Assembly: GCA_035945115.1 (NCBI GenBank)
Contig: DASZAN010000123.1
Coordinates: 28,073-92,072 of the forward strand
Origin: Stellaceae bacterium
GTDB lineage: Bacteria; Pseudomonadota; Alphaproteobacteria; ATCC43930; CGMCC-115725
Direction of reading: 5' to 3'
Length of the DNA stretch: 64,000 nucleotides
The notes under the pieces: model-generated
What the model saw: the letters and a program-made list of their open reading frames with translations, nothing else
The model's database searches: none
Told to the model about the DNA's origin: nothing
Part shown: positions 30,627-40,782 of the stretch, piece by piece
How positions within the stretch are numbered: position 1 is the first letter of the stretch
How the letters are laid out: each line of letters opens with the position of its first letter
Program-made: the position numbers and the translations under genes

Positions 30627-30757
30627 GCCGCACTCAGAGTGGTGTCAACGGAGCTGATCCGTTCATGGCGCCCGCGCAGTGCGCTAATGCTGCGCCACAA
30701 GGTGATTGGCTGATTGACAGCCGCGCTGCGGCAGGCATACCGTATGGTATACCAGCG

Positions 30758-32071
30758 ATGAACGACGTCAAGCACAGCCTTCACGCGGCGCGCTCTCAGT
30801 CGTCGCTGCCGGCGTCGCTCTGGGCGGCGACCGCATCGCCGTGTCCGGCGCTCGAACAACTGACCGGCCACCGCACGGTCGACGTCGCCATCATCGGCGC
30901 CGGATACACCGGCCTCTCGACGGCGCTTCATCTCGCGGTCGCGGGCGTCGATTGCGCGGTCATCGATACGCACGAGCCTAGTTGGGGCGCTTCCGGCAGA
31001 AATGGCGGACAAGTCTTGCCCGGACTCAAAGTGGCGAAAGCAGCGCTGCAGCGCCGATTTGGCGAGGACATCGGCAACCGCGTTCACAAGCTCTGCGAAA
31101 CCGCCGCCCAATTCCTCTACGACCTCGTCGAGGAGCACGGGATCGGCTGCGATTTGGCACGGACCGGGAGCATCCGCGCCGCCCACAACCGAGCGATGCT
31201 GGCAATGCTCAGGGAGAATTTCGCAGCGCTTGTCGCGGAGGGTGTGCCGGCGCGTTTTCTCGGTGCGGATGACATTGCGCGCTCGCTGGGCACGCGCGCC
31301 TATCTCGGCGGCCGCTTTGATCCGCGCAGCGGGACGCTGCACCCGCTCAAATACGCTCGCGGTCTCGCCGCTGCGGCATTGCGCAAAGGCGCGATGATCT
31401 ACCGCGACTCCCCGGCGACTGCCTTGAGTGGGAAAGGCGGGCGCTGGCATGTGACAACGCCCGACGGAGTGCTCGTCGCTCGGCAGGTTGTCGTCGCCAC
31501 CAACGGCTACACGGACAGGCTTTGGCCGCGCCTCGCCGCCACGATGTTGCCGGTGCACAGCTTCCAGATCGCGACGGCTCGGCTCAGTGGCGACGCAACC
31601 GCCTCGATATTGCAGGACAGGGTCTGCTTCTCGGATACGCGGCGACTCATTCTCTATGCGCAGCGCTCGGCCGACGACCGACTCGTGCTCGGTGGTCGTG
31701 CCTCGTTCACCCTCGTCGACCGTGCCGCCGACTACAAGGTCCTGCATCGCGTGCTGGTCGGCCTCTTCCCGCAACTTCGCGCGACGCCCATTGAGTATCG
31801 ATGGGCGGGTCGCGTGGCATTGACGCGGGATTCCATTCCCCATCTGCACGCGCCCGCGCCCGGCATTCTCATCGCCACCGGGTTCAACGGGAAGGGCGTC
31901 GCGATGACGACGCTGATGGGCAAGATCCTCGCCGATCATATTCGTTTCCCGGACGAGCCCTCGGCCTATCCGATCACCGAGATTCGCCCGATTCCGCTTT
32001 ATTTCGTCCGCGAGCCGGCGCTCAATCTCGCCATGTACTACGAGACCTTGATGGATCGGCTCGGTCGGTGA
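30758..32071 (+). CDS. FAD-dependent oxidoreductase (DadA/PuuB-like)
   Basis: Dinucleotide-binding [16 protein letters not shown]. The start is at MNDVKH. Divergent from the GntR gene. Confidence 0.75.
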   Translation: MNDVKHSLHAARSQSSLPASLWAATASPCPALEQLTGHRTVDVAIIGAGYTGLSTALHLAVAGVDCAVIDTHEPSWGASGRNGGQVLPGLKVAKAALQRRFGEDIGNRVHKLCETAAQFLYDLVEEHGIGCDLARTGSIRAAHNRAMLAMLRENFAALVAEGVPARFLGADDIARSLGTRAYLGGRFDPRSGTLHPLKYARGLAAAALRKGAMIYRDSPATALSGKGGRWHVTTPDGVLVARQVVVATNGYTDRLWPRLAATMLPVHSFQIATARLSGDATASILQDRVCFSDTRRLILYAQRSADDRLVLGGRASFTLVDRAADYKVLHRVLVGLFPQLRATPIEYRWAGRVALTRDSIPHLHAPAPGILIATGFNGKGVAMTTLMGKILADHIRFPDEPSAYPITEIRPIPLYFVREPALNLAMYYETLMDRLGR

Positions 32072-32082
32072 GACGCGGCGAG

Positions 32083-33221
<1,139 letters not shown>

Positions 33222-33225
<4 letters not shown>

Positions 33226-34103
33226 TCACCATGCTTCGCCGCGTGGGTTTGTTGGCACCCACGGTTTTGACCATCGGGGTGCTGTTGATCGTGCCGCTGG
33301 GGATCATGGCCTATGTCTCGACGCTGGCGCGTGGGCCGACGGGCGGCGTCATCTGGACCGAGCACACGGCCGCGGCGTACGCACAGTTTCTGTTCGAGCG
33401 CGATCTGGCCGATCGCCTCGTCGTCAACACCGACTATCTGCACATCTTCGCCCGGTCGATGGGACTGGCGGCCATCACGACTGTCGTGACCTTTCTTGTC
33501 GCGTTTCCCATGGCGCTGTGGATGGCGTTTCAGCCACCACAGCGACGTATGCTGCTGGTCTTCATCGTCACCGTTCCGTTCTGGACCAACATCCTCGTGC
33601 GAAATTACGCCTGGATCCTGCTGCTCAGAAATGACGGCGTGATCGATTGGGGGCTACGTAAGTTGGGGATCACGACCGGCTCGCTCGACGTCCTCTACAC
33701 GCCCTTCGCCACCAGCATTGGCCTGACCTACTCGTTTCTCCCCTACATGGTGCTGCCCATTTATGTGAGCCTCGAGAAGCTCGATCGGCGCCTGATCGAG
33801 GCCGCGTTCGACTTGGGTGCCGATCGTTGGCGCGCCTTTCGCCGCGTGATCCTGCCGCTGTCGCTGCCAGGCGTCATCGGTGGCGCCATCCTGGTGTTCA
33901 TTCCGGGGCTCGGCGCCTTCATCAGCCCGGAGCTGCTGGGCGGGGCCAAGTCGATGATGATCGGCAGCTTGATCCAGCAGCAATTCGGGCAATCGCGGAA
34001 TTGGCCCTTCGGCGCGGCGCTGTCCTTCGTCTTGCTTATTCTCGTGGTGCTCGCGCTCTCGGCGCACGCCGTGCGCTTCCGGCGCCAGGCGGGCAGGCGA
34101 TGA
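33222..34103 (+). CDS. ABC transporter permease (PotB-like)
   Basis: Six TM segments with an EAA loop; overlaps the neighbouring genes. Confidence 0.8.
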
Positions 34104-34906
34104 GGGAGAGGACGATGGCACGGCACCTCGACCTTTGGCGCTGTCCCGGTACGCGCGCTGTCGCGATCGCTGCGTTTTTCTACCTCTACCTGCCGATCGT
34201 GGCGCTGGTCATTCTCTCCTTTAGCGCCGGCGACTCCTCGCTCGCGCGGTGGGAGGGCTTCAGTTTTCGCTGGTATCTCGACGTCCTCGACAATGCCGAC
34301 ATGCTGCGTGCCATTCGCAATTCCCTGGCCGTCGCCAGTGTTGCGACCGTGACCGGCACTTTCGTTGCGACCATGGCGGCGCTGGCGACCGCCGGTCCAC
34401 GCTTTCGCCTGCAAGCCGTGTTCGAAGGAATGATCGGCCTACCCCTGATCGTTCCGGACATCGTCGCGGGGATCGCCACGCTGCTCTTCTTCGTGATCGT
34501 CGGCATCCCCCTTGGTCTCGTGAGCATCATGCTCGCGCATACCGTCTTTGCCGTGCCGTTCGCCTATCTGCCGATCCGCGCGCGGCTCGATGGGCTCGAT
34601 CCCGCCCTCGCCGAAGCGGCGGCCGATCTCTATGCCACGCCTTCCCAAGGCTTCCGCCGAATCATCCTGCCGCTGATCTGGCCGGGAATCGCCGCGGGTG
34701 CGATGCTGGCCTTCATCAGCTCCCTCGGCGATGTCGTGATCAGCTACTTCGTCTCGGGACCAGGCGCTACGACGCTACCGGTCTATGTCTTCAGCATGGT
34801 GCGCATGGGCGTGACGCCAGCCGTCAACGCTGTCTCGACATTGCTCATGCTGGCCTCGATGTCGCTGCTCACCGTCTCGTATCTGCTCAGCCGCAGCTTG
34901 CGGTGA
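34100..34906 (+). CDS. ABC transporter permease (PotC-like)
   Basis: ATGA overlap with the preceding gene; permease fold. Confidence 0.8.
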   Translation: MRERTMARHLDLWRCPGTRAVAIAAFFYLYLPIVALVILSFSAGDSSLARWEGFSFRWYLDVLDNADMLRAIRNSLAVASVATVTGTFVATMAALATAGPRFRLQAVFEGMIGLPLIVPDIVAGIATLLFFVIVGIPLGLVSIMLAHTVFAVPFAYLPIRARLDGLDPALAEAAADLYATPSQGFRRIILPLIWPGIAAGAMLAFISSLGDVVISYFVSGPGATTLPVYVFSMVRMGVTPAVNAVSTLLMLASMSLLTVSYLLSRSLR

Positions 34907-34938
34907 ATGCTTCAGCATCAACAGGGGAGGATGATTTC

Positions 34939-35985
34939 ATGCGACAAGGTATCGCCCTAGCAGCGGCCTTCATGCTTTCCTTCCTCGGCGCCCGCGCAAA
35001 CGCCGCCGAGGAAAAGCAGCTTCTGCTCTTCAATTGGTCCAACTACATGTCGCCGGACTTGCTGAAGCGCTTCGAGGCGGAGACCGGGATCAAAGTCACG
35101 CTCGACACCTACGACACGAATGAATCGATGCTGGCAAAGCTGCAAGCGGGCGGCGCCGGATATGATGTCGTCGTGCCCACCGGCCCGACCCTGCAGCAGA
35201 TGATCCGCGACGGGCTCGTCCTCAAGGTCGATGCGAACGCCATGCCGAATTACAAGAATGTCAAGAAGCCCTTCGACCATCCCGACTTCGATTCCGAGCG
35301 CGGCTTTTCCGTCCCCTATATGTGGGGCTCGACGGGCTTGGTCTACGACACGACGAAAGTCGCGGGCGGGAAGATCGACGACAGCTGGAAAGAGCTCTTT
35401 GAGCCGCGGCCGGATTTCGTCGGCAAAATCGGCATGCTCAAGGACATGGGCGAAGTCATGACGGCCGCCGCCTACTATCTCGGCTTCGATCAATGCACGG
35501 AAAAGCCGGAGGAAGGCCAAAAGATCCTCGAGCTTCTCGAGAAGCAGAAGCCAGCCGTCAAGATTTACTCGGCCGAGGGAACCGTTGACCGTGTTGCCGG
35601 CGGCGAGGTGACGATGGAGCATATGTGGAACGGCTCGTTTCATCGCGCGCATGCGAAATTGCCGACCATCGTCTACGTTTACCCGCGCGAAGGGCTGAAC
35701 CTTTGGGGCGACAATTTCGCCGTGCCGAAAGGGGCGAAGCATGTCGAGAATGCCAAGCTCTTCCTCAATTTCATGATGGACCCCAAGAACGCCGCGGAAG
35801 CGTCGAATTTCACCGGCTACAACAATGCGATCGCTGGCTCGGAGGCGTACCTCAAGGAAGATCTTCGCAACGATCCTGCCTTCAACACCCCCGAACCGAT
35901 GATCACTCGGCTCAAGCAAACGCGGCTTTGCTCGAAGGCCGCCCTCGATCTGCGCGAACGGATCTGGACGCGGCTGTTGCGCTAG
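34939..35985 (+). CDS. polyamine/opine-type periplasmic substrate-binding protein (PotD/PotF-like)
   Basis: Signal peptide MRQGIALAAAFMLSFLGARANA and SBP_bac_1/8-like sequence. Confidence 0.8.
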   Translation: MRQGIALAAAFMLSFLGARANAAEEKQLLLFNWSNYMSPDLLKRFEAETGIKVTLDTYDTNESMLAKLQAGGAGYDVVVPTGPTLQQMIRDGLVLKVDANAMPNYKNVKKPFDHPDFDSERGFSVPYMWGSTGLVYDTTKVAGGKIDDSWKELFEPRPDFVGKIGMLKDMGEVMTAAAYYLGFDQCTEKPEEGQKILELLEKQKPAVKIYSAEGTVDRVAGGEVTMEHMWNGSFHRAHAKLPTIVYVYPREGLNLWGDNFAVPKGAKHVENAKLFLNFMMDPKNAAEASNFTGYNNAIAGSEAYLKEDLRNDPAFNTPEPMITRLKQTRLCSKAALDLRERIWTRLLR

Positions 35986-36084
35986 ACCATTTCCTATTCC
36001 TGGCGGTACGGCCGCAAGCCGCTCCGCCCCTTGCGGGGCGGAGCGCACTTAGATCGGTACTCACCTACTTGCGGCGTTCAGTGC

Positions 36085-37236
36085 TCACGCCGGCTCGGAT
36101 GCCTTGAGGCGTATGAGCTTGCTCAGGAGGGCGTCGAAGCCCTGACCCTCGCCGGCGTGGAGGTCGATCCGACCCACCTTCTCGACCAGCCGCTCGAGGC
36201 TCTCGAGCTCCTTGAGCCTGAGGAGAAGCGGGTTCTCCTCCATGAGCTTGGCGGTGTTGAGGAGCGAGCGCGTCGCCGCGGTCTCTTCCTGTCGGCGGAT
36301 CAAGTTGGCCTTGGCCATCCGCTCCGCCTCCACCACCTTGTTCACGAGCTCGCGGATCTCGCCGGGAAGGATCACATCCTTCACGCCGAGCTCAGTCACC
36401 TCGATGCCGGTCTCGACCAGACGCTCGCGCACATAGGCGCGCAGCTCCGCATCGAGCACGCTCTTGGCCGACAGCACCTCGTCGAGCGTGCGCGCCGCAA
36501 CTGCCTCGCGGATCGCGAACTGCACGAGCCGGTAGAGCCAGCCATCGACGTCGACGACCGCGCTCACCGCGCGCTCGGGATCGACGATCCGGCGAAGCGC
36601 CGTCAAGGTCACGCGCAGTGCGATGCGATCCTTGGTGAGCATCTCCTGCGCCGTGATCTCGACCGCCTGTGGCCGGAGATCGAGACGCTTCACCTCGACC
36701 TTGCGGTTGACCGACCAGTAGGCGTGCCGGCCAGGCGCGAGCCGCTCCACGAGCCGGCCCTCGACGTAGAGGAGGCCCGCCTCGTGGTTCTCGACCACCG
36801 TCTCGGCGAGATAGGGGTTACGCGCCCGCTCGACCAGCGCCAGATGCTGCGGTGCTACCTTCGGATCGCGTGCGACGTCGATGCGCTCGACCTCGACCGT
36901 GGTCGCGACCTTCCAGTAGGCGCGGAGCTGCCACGGGCCAATGAGCTGCGCTGGCCGACCGTCGAGGCTGATGATTGCGACCTCGTCGGCACGCGTCTCG
37001 ACCGCCGTGAAGAGCTCGAGCGCGATGTCCGGCCGCTCGGCCTTGATCACGGCGTAGCGCTCTGGCGGGAACTCGGTGCGCACGACCGGGAAGGTCTCGA
37101 CCTTGAGCTCGCCAAGCGGATCAAAGACGCGGTGACGGCCCGGCGGCAGCACGCGCTCGAGCCGACCGTTGCGCAGCAGAAACGCGCGCTCGCCGTCCTT
37201 AACGATCACCTGCAACACGACAAGGTACCTGGTCAT
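36085..37236 (-). CDS. SPFH/band-7 domain protein
   Basis: Start at MTRYLVVLQVIVKDGERAFLLRNG, then the SPFH core and a long coiled-coil tail. Confidence 0.7.
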   Translation of the reverse strand: MTRYLVVLQVIVKDGERAFLLRNGRLERVLPPGRHRVFDPLGELKVETFPVVRTEFPPERYAVIKAERPDIALELFTAVETRADEVAIISLDGRPAQLIGPWQLRAYWKVATTVEVERIDVARDPKVAPQHLALVERARNPYLAETVVENHEAGLLYVEGRLVERLAPGRHAYWSVNRKVEVKRLDLRPQAVEITAQEMLTKDRIALRVTLTALRRIVDPERAVSAVVDVDGWLYRLVQFAIREAVAARTLDEVLSAKSVLDAELRAYVRERLVETGIEVTELGVKDVILPGEIRELVNKVVEAERMAKANLIRRQEETAATRSLLNTAKLMEENPLLLRLKELESLERLVEKVGRIDLHAGEGQGFDALLSKLIRLKASEPA

Positions 37237-37562
37237 GACACTCTCCACACTTGGCTGCGCGACGGATTTCGCGCGGCTGGCTTCGGATCGAGGAGGGTGG
37301 GTTCCGGACGCGTCTTCCCGCGGGAGGCGGCGGGCCGGGGCTTGAGCCGCACGGGCGGCGGGCACACGTCCCCGCCGTCAGCTCAAGGCATGACGAGCGA
37401 AAGCGCTACCCGACGCCCGCGCGGGCGATATCCACCCCGGCGCAGGGCCGTTCCAACGGTGTCTGGTACGGGCAAGAGGCCTTTCGGCCAAACGACCGGA
37501 CCGCGACTGAAGCGCGCGTCCGGTCCCCCTCAGAGGTGTTCAGTTTTCCAGGCTGAACCGGC

Positions 37563-37636
37563 GCGTAGGAGCGGGAGTCGAACCCGCGACCCGATGCTTA
37601 AAGGGCATCTGCTCTAACCACCTGAGCTATCCTCGT
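37563..37636 (-). pseudogene. tRNA-Lys(UUU)-like gene with a 1-nt defect in the 5' acceptor strand
   Basis: The reverse complement folds as a tRNA (D arm gctc/gagc, anticodon loop CTTTAAG, T arm gcggg-ttcgact-cccgc). However, the 5' acceptor reads cgaggat where cgtagga is needed to pair with the 3' strand. Confidence 0.45.
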
Positions 37637-37639
37637 TTG

Positions 37640-37707
37640 TGCAACCGATCGGACTCGAACCGATGCCTCCGGGTTTCCCCGGCGCTCTTCCCTTGAGCTA
37701 CGATCGC
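37640..37707 (-). pseudogene. tRNA-like gene (Phe-GAA-like) with a truncated anticodon arm
   Basis: Good acceptor (gcgatcg/cggttgc with GU pairs), D arm and T arm are present. The anticodon region is only ccggg-gaaa-cccgg, 3 nt short. Confidence 0.4.
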
Positions 37708-38234
37708 GGCCTTCGTTCAGCGGAACACGAAACGCACAGAGTGCGATCGCGCCAGCCGGGACCCAACGAACCCGGACACGAAGCCGAGCGAAGGGAGCGC
37801 GCTTGTACATGAGTCGCAATCGGCGCACAAGGTGAAAAACGCGCACGACAATTGCTTTCTTTTTCGACGGTGAGAAATTTTCTCGCGACGAGGCCAAAAC
37901 GACCGCTCCATGAAATGTGCAAATGCGCCGTTCATGAAATTCTGTGCTGGAAATTCGAAGACCGTCTGCCGTTCTGAATTAGGAAAAGCCGCCCGATGAA
38001 AAAAATTTTTTGCGAAATGGATTGCAAGTGCCGCGTCGTCCGTTCATATCTAACGCCATGACACAGAGACTGAACATATCATTCGCCAGGACTGCCGCCA
38101 TGTTAGTGGCGACGCGGCCGTGGTATTGCGCGCGCCAATCGCGACCCGAACGTAAATTCGGGACGCGGCACGGCAGCAGCGACGGAGATTCAGCCGGGTG
38201 AGTGCACCCGCATCGACCGAAAGGTTGACTGAAC

Positions 38235-38270
38235 CCCGCCGCGCGCAAGCCCGAGCGGGGTTTTTCATTG
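38235..38270 (+). terminator. rho-independent terminator
   Basis: ccccgc-(15 nt)-gcgggg hairpin followed by TTTTT, sitting in a low-GC segment. Confidence 0.5.
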
Positions 38271-38399
38271 CGGTTTTTCAATGGGCCGACTTGTAGTCGT
38301 GTGGGCTCAGACCCACCTTTGCGCTCAAATTTGGGCGGGCTGGTTTCAAGCGGTCGGATCGAGAGGAGACAGCCATCTCCTCTCGTTCGTCAATTTTTC

Positions 38400-38470
38400 G
38401 GGCCGAGCGCTGGGCGCGGCTGATCCTTGCAAGATCGGAGCGCTGAGTTCGATTCTCAGTCGGTCCACCA
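38400..38470 (+). tRNA. tRNA-Ala(UGC)
   Basis: Acceptor gggccga/tcggtcc, anticodon stem-loop tgatc-CTTGCAA-gatcg, T arm ctgag-ttcgatt-ctcag, CCA encoded. The D arm is short. Confidence 0.6.
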
Positions 38471-38545
38471 GCCTTCGCTCGCTTCGCGAGCTACGGCTCG
38501 GCAAGCCAGGCTCGATTTGACCAGCTAAGCGAGCGAAGGCTGCCG
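38471..38545. repeat. long perfect hairpin (12-bp stem gccttcgctcgc / gcgagcgaaggc) directly after tRNA-Ala
   Basis: Inverted repeat read directly from the sequence. Confidence 0.6.
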
Positions 38546-38607
38546 CGCCGTAGCCCAAAGGGCGGAGGCGGGCTGCTGCCGTGAGCTACCAGAGCAACGA
38601 CATTGGC

Positions 38608-38847
38608 ATGACCTACGTCTATATTCTCCAAAGCATGCAACGGCTCGAGCGGTTTTACGTCGGGGTGACAGCCGACTTTAGATCTCGTCTTCGGAGGCAC
38701 AACGCGGGTGAAGTGTCGCATACGTCGAAATATACGCCTTGGGCGGTGAAGACCTATATCGCGTTTTCGGATGAGACGCAGGCCTATGCGTTCGAGAAAT
38801 ATCTCAAATCGCCGTCCGGAAGGGCCTTTGCGAAGAAGCGTCTTTGA
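38608..38847 (+). CDS. GIY-YIG nuclease family protein (YhbQ/Slx1-like, about 79 aa)
   Basis: MTYVYILQS...RFYVGVTADFRSRLRRHNAGEVSHTSKYTPWAV...FSDETQAYAFEKYLK is a textbook GIY-YIG core. Confidence 0.75.
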   Translation: MTYVYILQSMQRLERFYVGVTADFRSRLRRHNAGEVSHTSKYTPWAVKTYIAFSDETQAYAFEKYLKSPSGRAFAKKRL

Positions 38848-38890
38848 TCGAACGACAAGCCCAGGACAAAACTGGGCACTTACACCGCTG

Positions 38891-39352
38891 CTACTGCCAC
38901 GTTCGTATCTCGTGCAGCCGCGGATCACCCATGTAGATCGCGTCAATGAGCGCGAACACTTGCGGTGCAAGCGGTGTTCCGATGATCTCCGACCGCTTGA
39001 GCGCCGAGTCTGCGAGGTCGCCGTCAGAGGTCAGACGACCTTGAGCGTCAACAACCATGAACTGAGGCGATCCCTCGACAATTCTGTAGTCGAGCGCGAC
39101 GGCATAACGGTCCTGCTTTGTCGCGGAAGCTCCCCACTTTCCAAGTATCAAATCGAAACTTGCGCCGTGATCGGGACGTTGCTCCGCCCAGCCGACGAAG
39201 TACGCGGCCACTGCCGCGCCGCCCCTGTGGATGAGACCCCAGACGCGTTTGGTAGTCGAGCCGCAACAATCACAATGTCCATCGCTCGTGCCACTTTGCT
39301 CGACCTCGAAAGATCGCCAATCGACCGGCCCGTCATTTGGAAGCTCAGACAC
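38891..39352 (-). CDS. hypothetical protein (contains an HCDCCG Cys-rich motif)
   Basis: A 153-aa ORF in a lower-GC segment between the GIY-YIG gene and the tRNA array. No family recognised. Confidence 0.45.
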   Translation of the reverse strand: MSELPNDGPVDWRSFEVEQSGTSDGHCDCCGSTTKRVWGLIHRGGAAVAAYFVGWAEQRPDHGASFDLILGKWGASATKQDRYAVALDYRIVEGSPQFMVVDAQGRLTSDGDLADSALKRSEIIGTPLAPQVFALIDAIYMGDPRLHEIRTWQ

Positions 39353-39494
39353 TTAGCGCTTCGCAGCTAGCCGTTTATCACGTTGCGAGTATAGCTAACT
39401 TCGTGAAGTTAACAGACATCATTTCTGCGTCTGAGCGATCTCTTGGTCGGTATGGGCAGTTCGAAAATCCAGTGCCCAATTGGTCCACCAATTC

Positions 39495-39568
39495 GCGGGC
39501 ATAGCTCAACGGCAGAGCATTGCGTTGCCAACGCAAAGACGAGGGTTCGAGTCCCCCTGTCCGCTCCA
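39495..39568 (+). tRNA. tRNA-Gly(GCC)
   Basis: gcgggca...TTGCCAA...ggttcgagtcc...tgtccgc-t-CCA. Confidence 0.8.
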
Positions 39569-39572
39569 TTTC

Positions 39573-39667
39573 GGTTGTCGGCTCTGGTGAGCGGGTGCGC
39601 CTTATAAGCGCGCGAGAGCGGCTGGACGAGCTGCGACGGGTTGGTTCGATCCCAACGACAACCACCA
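39573..39667 (+). tRNA. type-II (long variable arm) tRNA, anticodon uncertain; loop CTTATAA would give UAU
   Basis: 95 nt. Acceptor ggttgtc/gacaacc, T arm gttgg-ttcgatc-ccaac, CCA. The anticodon stem tgcgc/gcgcg has the loop cttataa. Confidence 0.5.
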
Positions 39668-39671
39668 TTGC

Positions 39672-39743
39672 TGCGGGGTGGCACGGTGCCCGCGTCGGCT
39701 CATAACCGGCGTCGCGTCCGTTCGACTCGGACCTCCGCAACCA
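39672..39743 (+). tRNA. tRNA-Met/Ile2 (CAU) with a reduced D arm
   Basis: Only 72 nt including CCA. Anticodon stem-loop gtcgg-CTCATAA-ccggc and T arm gtccg-ttcgact-cggac. Confidence 0.6.
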
Positions 39744-39746
39744 CTT

Positions 39747-39819
39747 GCCTTTCTGGTGTAGATGGTCTGCACGCCTGTCTGAAGAACAGGAGGTCTCTGA
39801 TCGTTACAGAGGGAAGGCG
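39747..39819 (+). tRNA. tRNA-Phe(GAA)-like with a non-canonical T loop (ATCGTTA) and no CCA
   Basis: Acceptor gcctttc/ggaaggc, anticodon stem-loop cctgt-CTGAAGA-acagg. Confidence 0.45.
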
Positions 39820-39821
39820 CC

Positions 39822-39897
39822 GCGGCGCTTGTAGTTTGGTGACTGCCTTAGCCTTCCAAGCTAATGAGGGCGGGTTCGATTCCCCCGCGCCGCTCCA
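39822..39897 (+). tRNA. tRNA-Gly(UCC)
   Basis: Acceptor gcggcgc/gcgccgc, anticodon stem-loop ttagc-CTTCCAA-gctaa, CCA. Confidence 0.75.
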
Positions 39898-39904
39898 GTT
39901 TCAT

Positions 39905-39981
39905 TCCCAGCGGTCCCCATTGGCAGGGGAACGAGACTGTTAATCTCGTCGCTCCAGGTTCGAATCCTGGGCTGGGAGCCA
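39905..39981 (+). tRNA. tRNA-Asn(GUU)
   Basis: Acceptor tcccagc/gctggga, anticodon stem-loop cgaga-CTGTTAA-tctcg, T arm ccagg-ttcgaat-cctgg, CCA. Confidence 0.8.
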
Positions 39982-40056
39982 TTTAAGCCCGAGCTGAAGC
40001 CAGCCGCCCGGTCTCCAAAACCGCGGCGCGTGGGAGCGTTACCTACCGGGCGTGCC
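39982..40056 (+). other. degenerate tRNA-sized spacer (possible Trp-CCA-like anticodon hairpin cggt-CTCCAAA-accg)
   Basis: 75 nt between two tRNAs. No canonical T loop or acceptor pairing could be found. Confidence 0.2.
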
Positions 40057-40132
40057 AGTGCCGTGGCGGAGTGGTCATCGCCGGGGTCTGCAAAACCTCT
40101 CTATCTGGGTTCGATTCCCAGCGGCACTTCCA
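40057..40132 (+). tRNA. tRNA-Cys(GCA)
   Basis: Acceptor agtgccg/cggcact, anticodon stem-loop ggggt-CTGCAAA-acctc, T arm ctggg-ttcgatt-cccag, CCA. The first nucleotide overlaps the previous spacer's terminal A. Confidence 0.65.
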
Positions 40133-40133
40133 T

Positions 40134-40209
40134 GGTGGTCGTGGACCTCTGGCGAAGTCGGCGCGTCGTGACCGCGCTCAGGCGAGTTCGATTCTCGTCG
40201 GCCACCCCA
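40134..40209 (+). tRNA. tRNA-His(GUG) with an encoded G-1
   Basis: G-1 plus gtggtcg pairs with cggccac-C73. Anticodon stem-loop gcgcg-TCGTGAC-cgcgc; CCA. Confidence 0.75.
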
Positions 40210-40284
40210 GCCCGCATAGCACAGCAGCAGTGCAGCCGCCTTGTAAGCGGAAGGCCGTGGGTGCAAATCCTACTGCGGGCACCA
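40210..40284 (+). tRNA. tRNA-Tyr(GUA) with a SHORT variable arm (type I), T loop TGCAAAT
   Basis: Acceptor gcccgca/tgcgggc-A73, D arm gcac/gtgc, anticodon loop CTTGTAA, 75 nt. Confidence 0.55.
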
Positions 40285-40291
40285 GATTGAT

Positions 40292-40368
40292 GGCGGATTA
40301 CGGCGTGGTCGCCGCGGCCGGCTCTGACCCGGCTTGATTAGAGAGTTCGATTCTCTCGTCCGCTGCCA
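40292..40368 (+). tRNA. tRNA-Gln(CUG)
   Basis: Acceptor ggcggat/gtccgct (two GU pairs), anticodon stem-loop gccgg-CTCTGAC-ccggc, T arm gagag-ttcgatt-ctctc, CCA. Confidence 0.7.
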
Positions 40369-40370
40369 TG

Positions 40371-40442
40371 ACGCGGGGCCTCTAGCGAGGGCGCCGGCCT
40401 TTGAAGCCGGCCAGATCGGTGCGATCCCGGTACCCGCTGCCA
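40371..40442 (+). tRNA. tRNA-Gln(UUG)-like, with poorly paired acceptor and T loop TGCGATC
   Basis: Anticodon stem-loop ccggc-CTTTGAA-gccgg is perfect and CCA is present. The acceptor pairing could not be satisfied. Confidence 0.45.
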
Positions 40443-40447
40443 ATCAT

Positions 40448-40523
40448 GTCCCATTCGGCTACTGGCTAGGCCGCCACCCTCTCAAGGTGGAAAAGGCGGG
40501 ATCGAAACCCCCATGGGACACCA
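40448..40523 (+). tRNA. tRNA-Glu(CUC)
   Basis: Acceptor gtcccat/atgggac, anticodon stem-loop ccacc-CTCTCAA-ggtgg, CCA. Confidence 0.75.
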
Positions 40524-40527
40524 ATTC

Positions 40528-40604
40528 GCGCGCGTATCCCAACAGGCAGAGGAACAACGTTGAGAGCGTTGACAGTGCGCGTTCGAATCGCGCCGCGCGC
40601 ACCA
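40528..40604 (+). tRNA. tRNA-Leu(GAG) with a short (5-nt) variable arm
   Basis: Acceptor gcgcgcg/cgcgcgc-A73, anticodon stem-loop caacg-TTGAGAG-cgttg, T arm gcgcg-ttcgaat-cgcgc, 77 nt including CCA. Confidence 0.55.
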
Positions 40605-40606
40605 GA

Positions 40607-40684
40607 GGGCCGGTAGACCAATCGGTAGGAGTCATCGCGCTTAGAACGCGAGCAGTGTGGGTTCGAATCCCTCCCGGCCTACCA
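40607..40684 (+). tRNA. tRNA-Leu(UAG) with a short variable arm
   Basis: Acceptor gggccgg/ccggcct-A73, anticodon stem-loop tcgcg-CTTAGAA-cgcga, CCA. Confidence 0.55.
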
Positions 40685-40690
40685 TTTTAC

Positions 40691-40779
40691 GGAAGGTGCC
40701 GCTGAAAGGCCGGCAACTGGTCTTGAAAACCAGGGTAGCGTGATGAGCGCTAAGGGTTCGATTCCTTCACCTTCCGCCA
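40691..40779 (+). tRNA. tRNA-Ser(UGA), type II
   Basis: Acceptor ggaaggt/accttcc-G73, anticodon stem-loop ctggt-CTTGAAA-accag, a long variable arm, CCA. Confidence 0.8.
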
Positions 40780-40782
40780 TTT

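Noticed and set aside
36031-37617. 528-aa plus-strand ORF
   Set aside because: Antisense to the SPFH gene. Leu/Arg/Asp-rich low-complexity translation. Its 3' end runs across the tRNA-like genes.
37740-37800. hairpin ccggg-acccaacgaa-cccgg that superficially resembles a T arm on the minus strand
   Set aside because: No acceptor or anticodon arms could be built around it.
38281-38520. 79-aa ORF spanning tRNA-Ala and the long hairpin
   Set aside because: Its sequence is explained by the tRNA gene and the inverted repeat.
39361-39494. tRNA-sized segment ending in CCA (....ggtccacca) just before the first array gene
   Set aside because: Could not be folded into acceptor/T-arm pairing. Possibly a degenerate remnant but not supportable as a tRNA.
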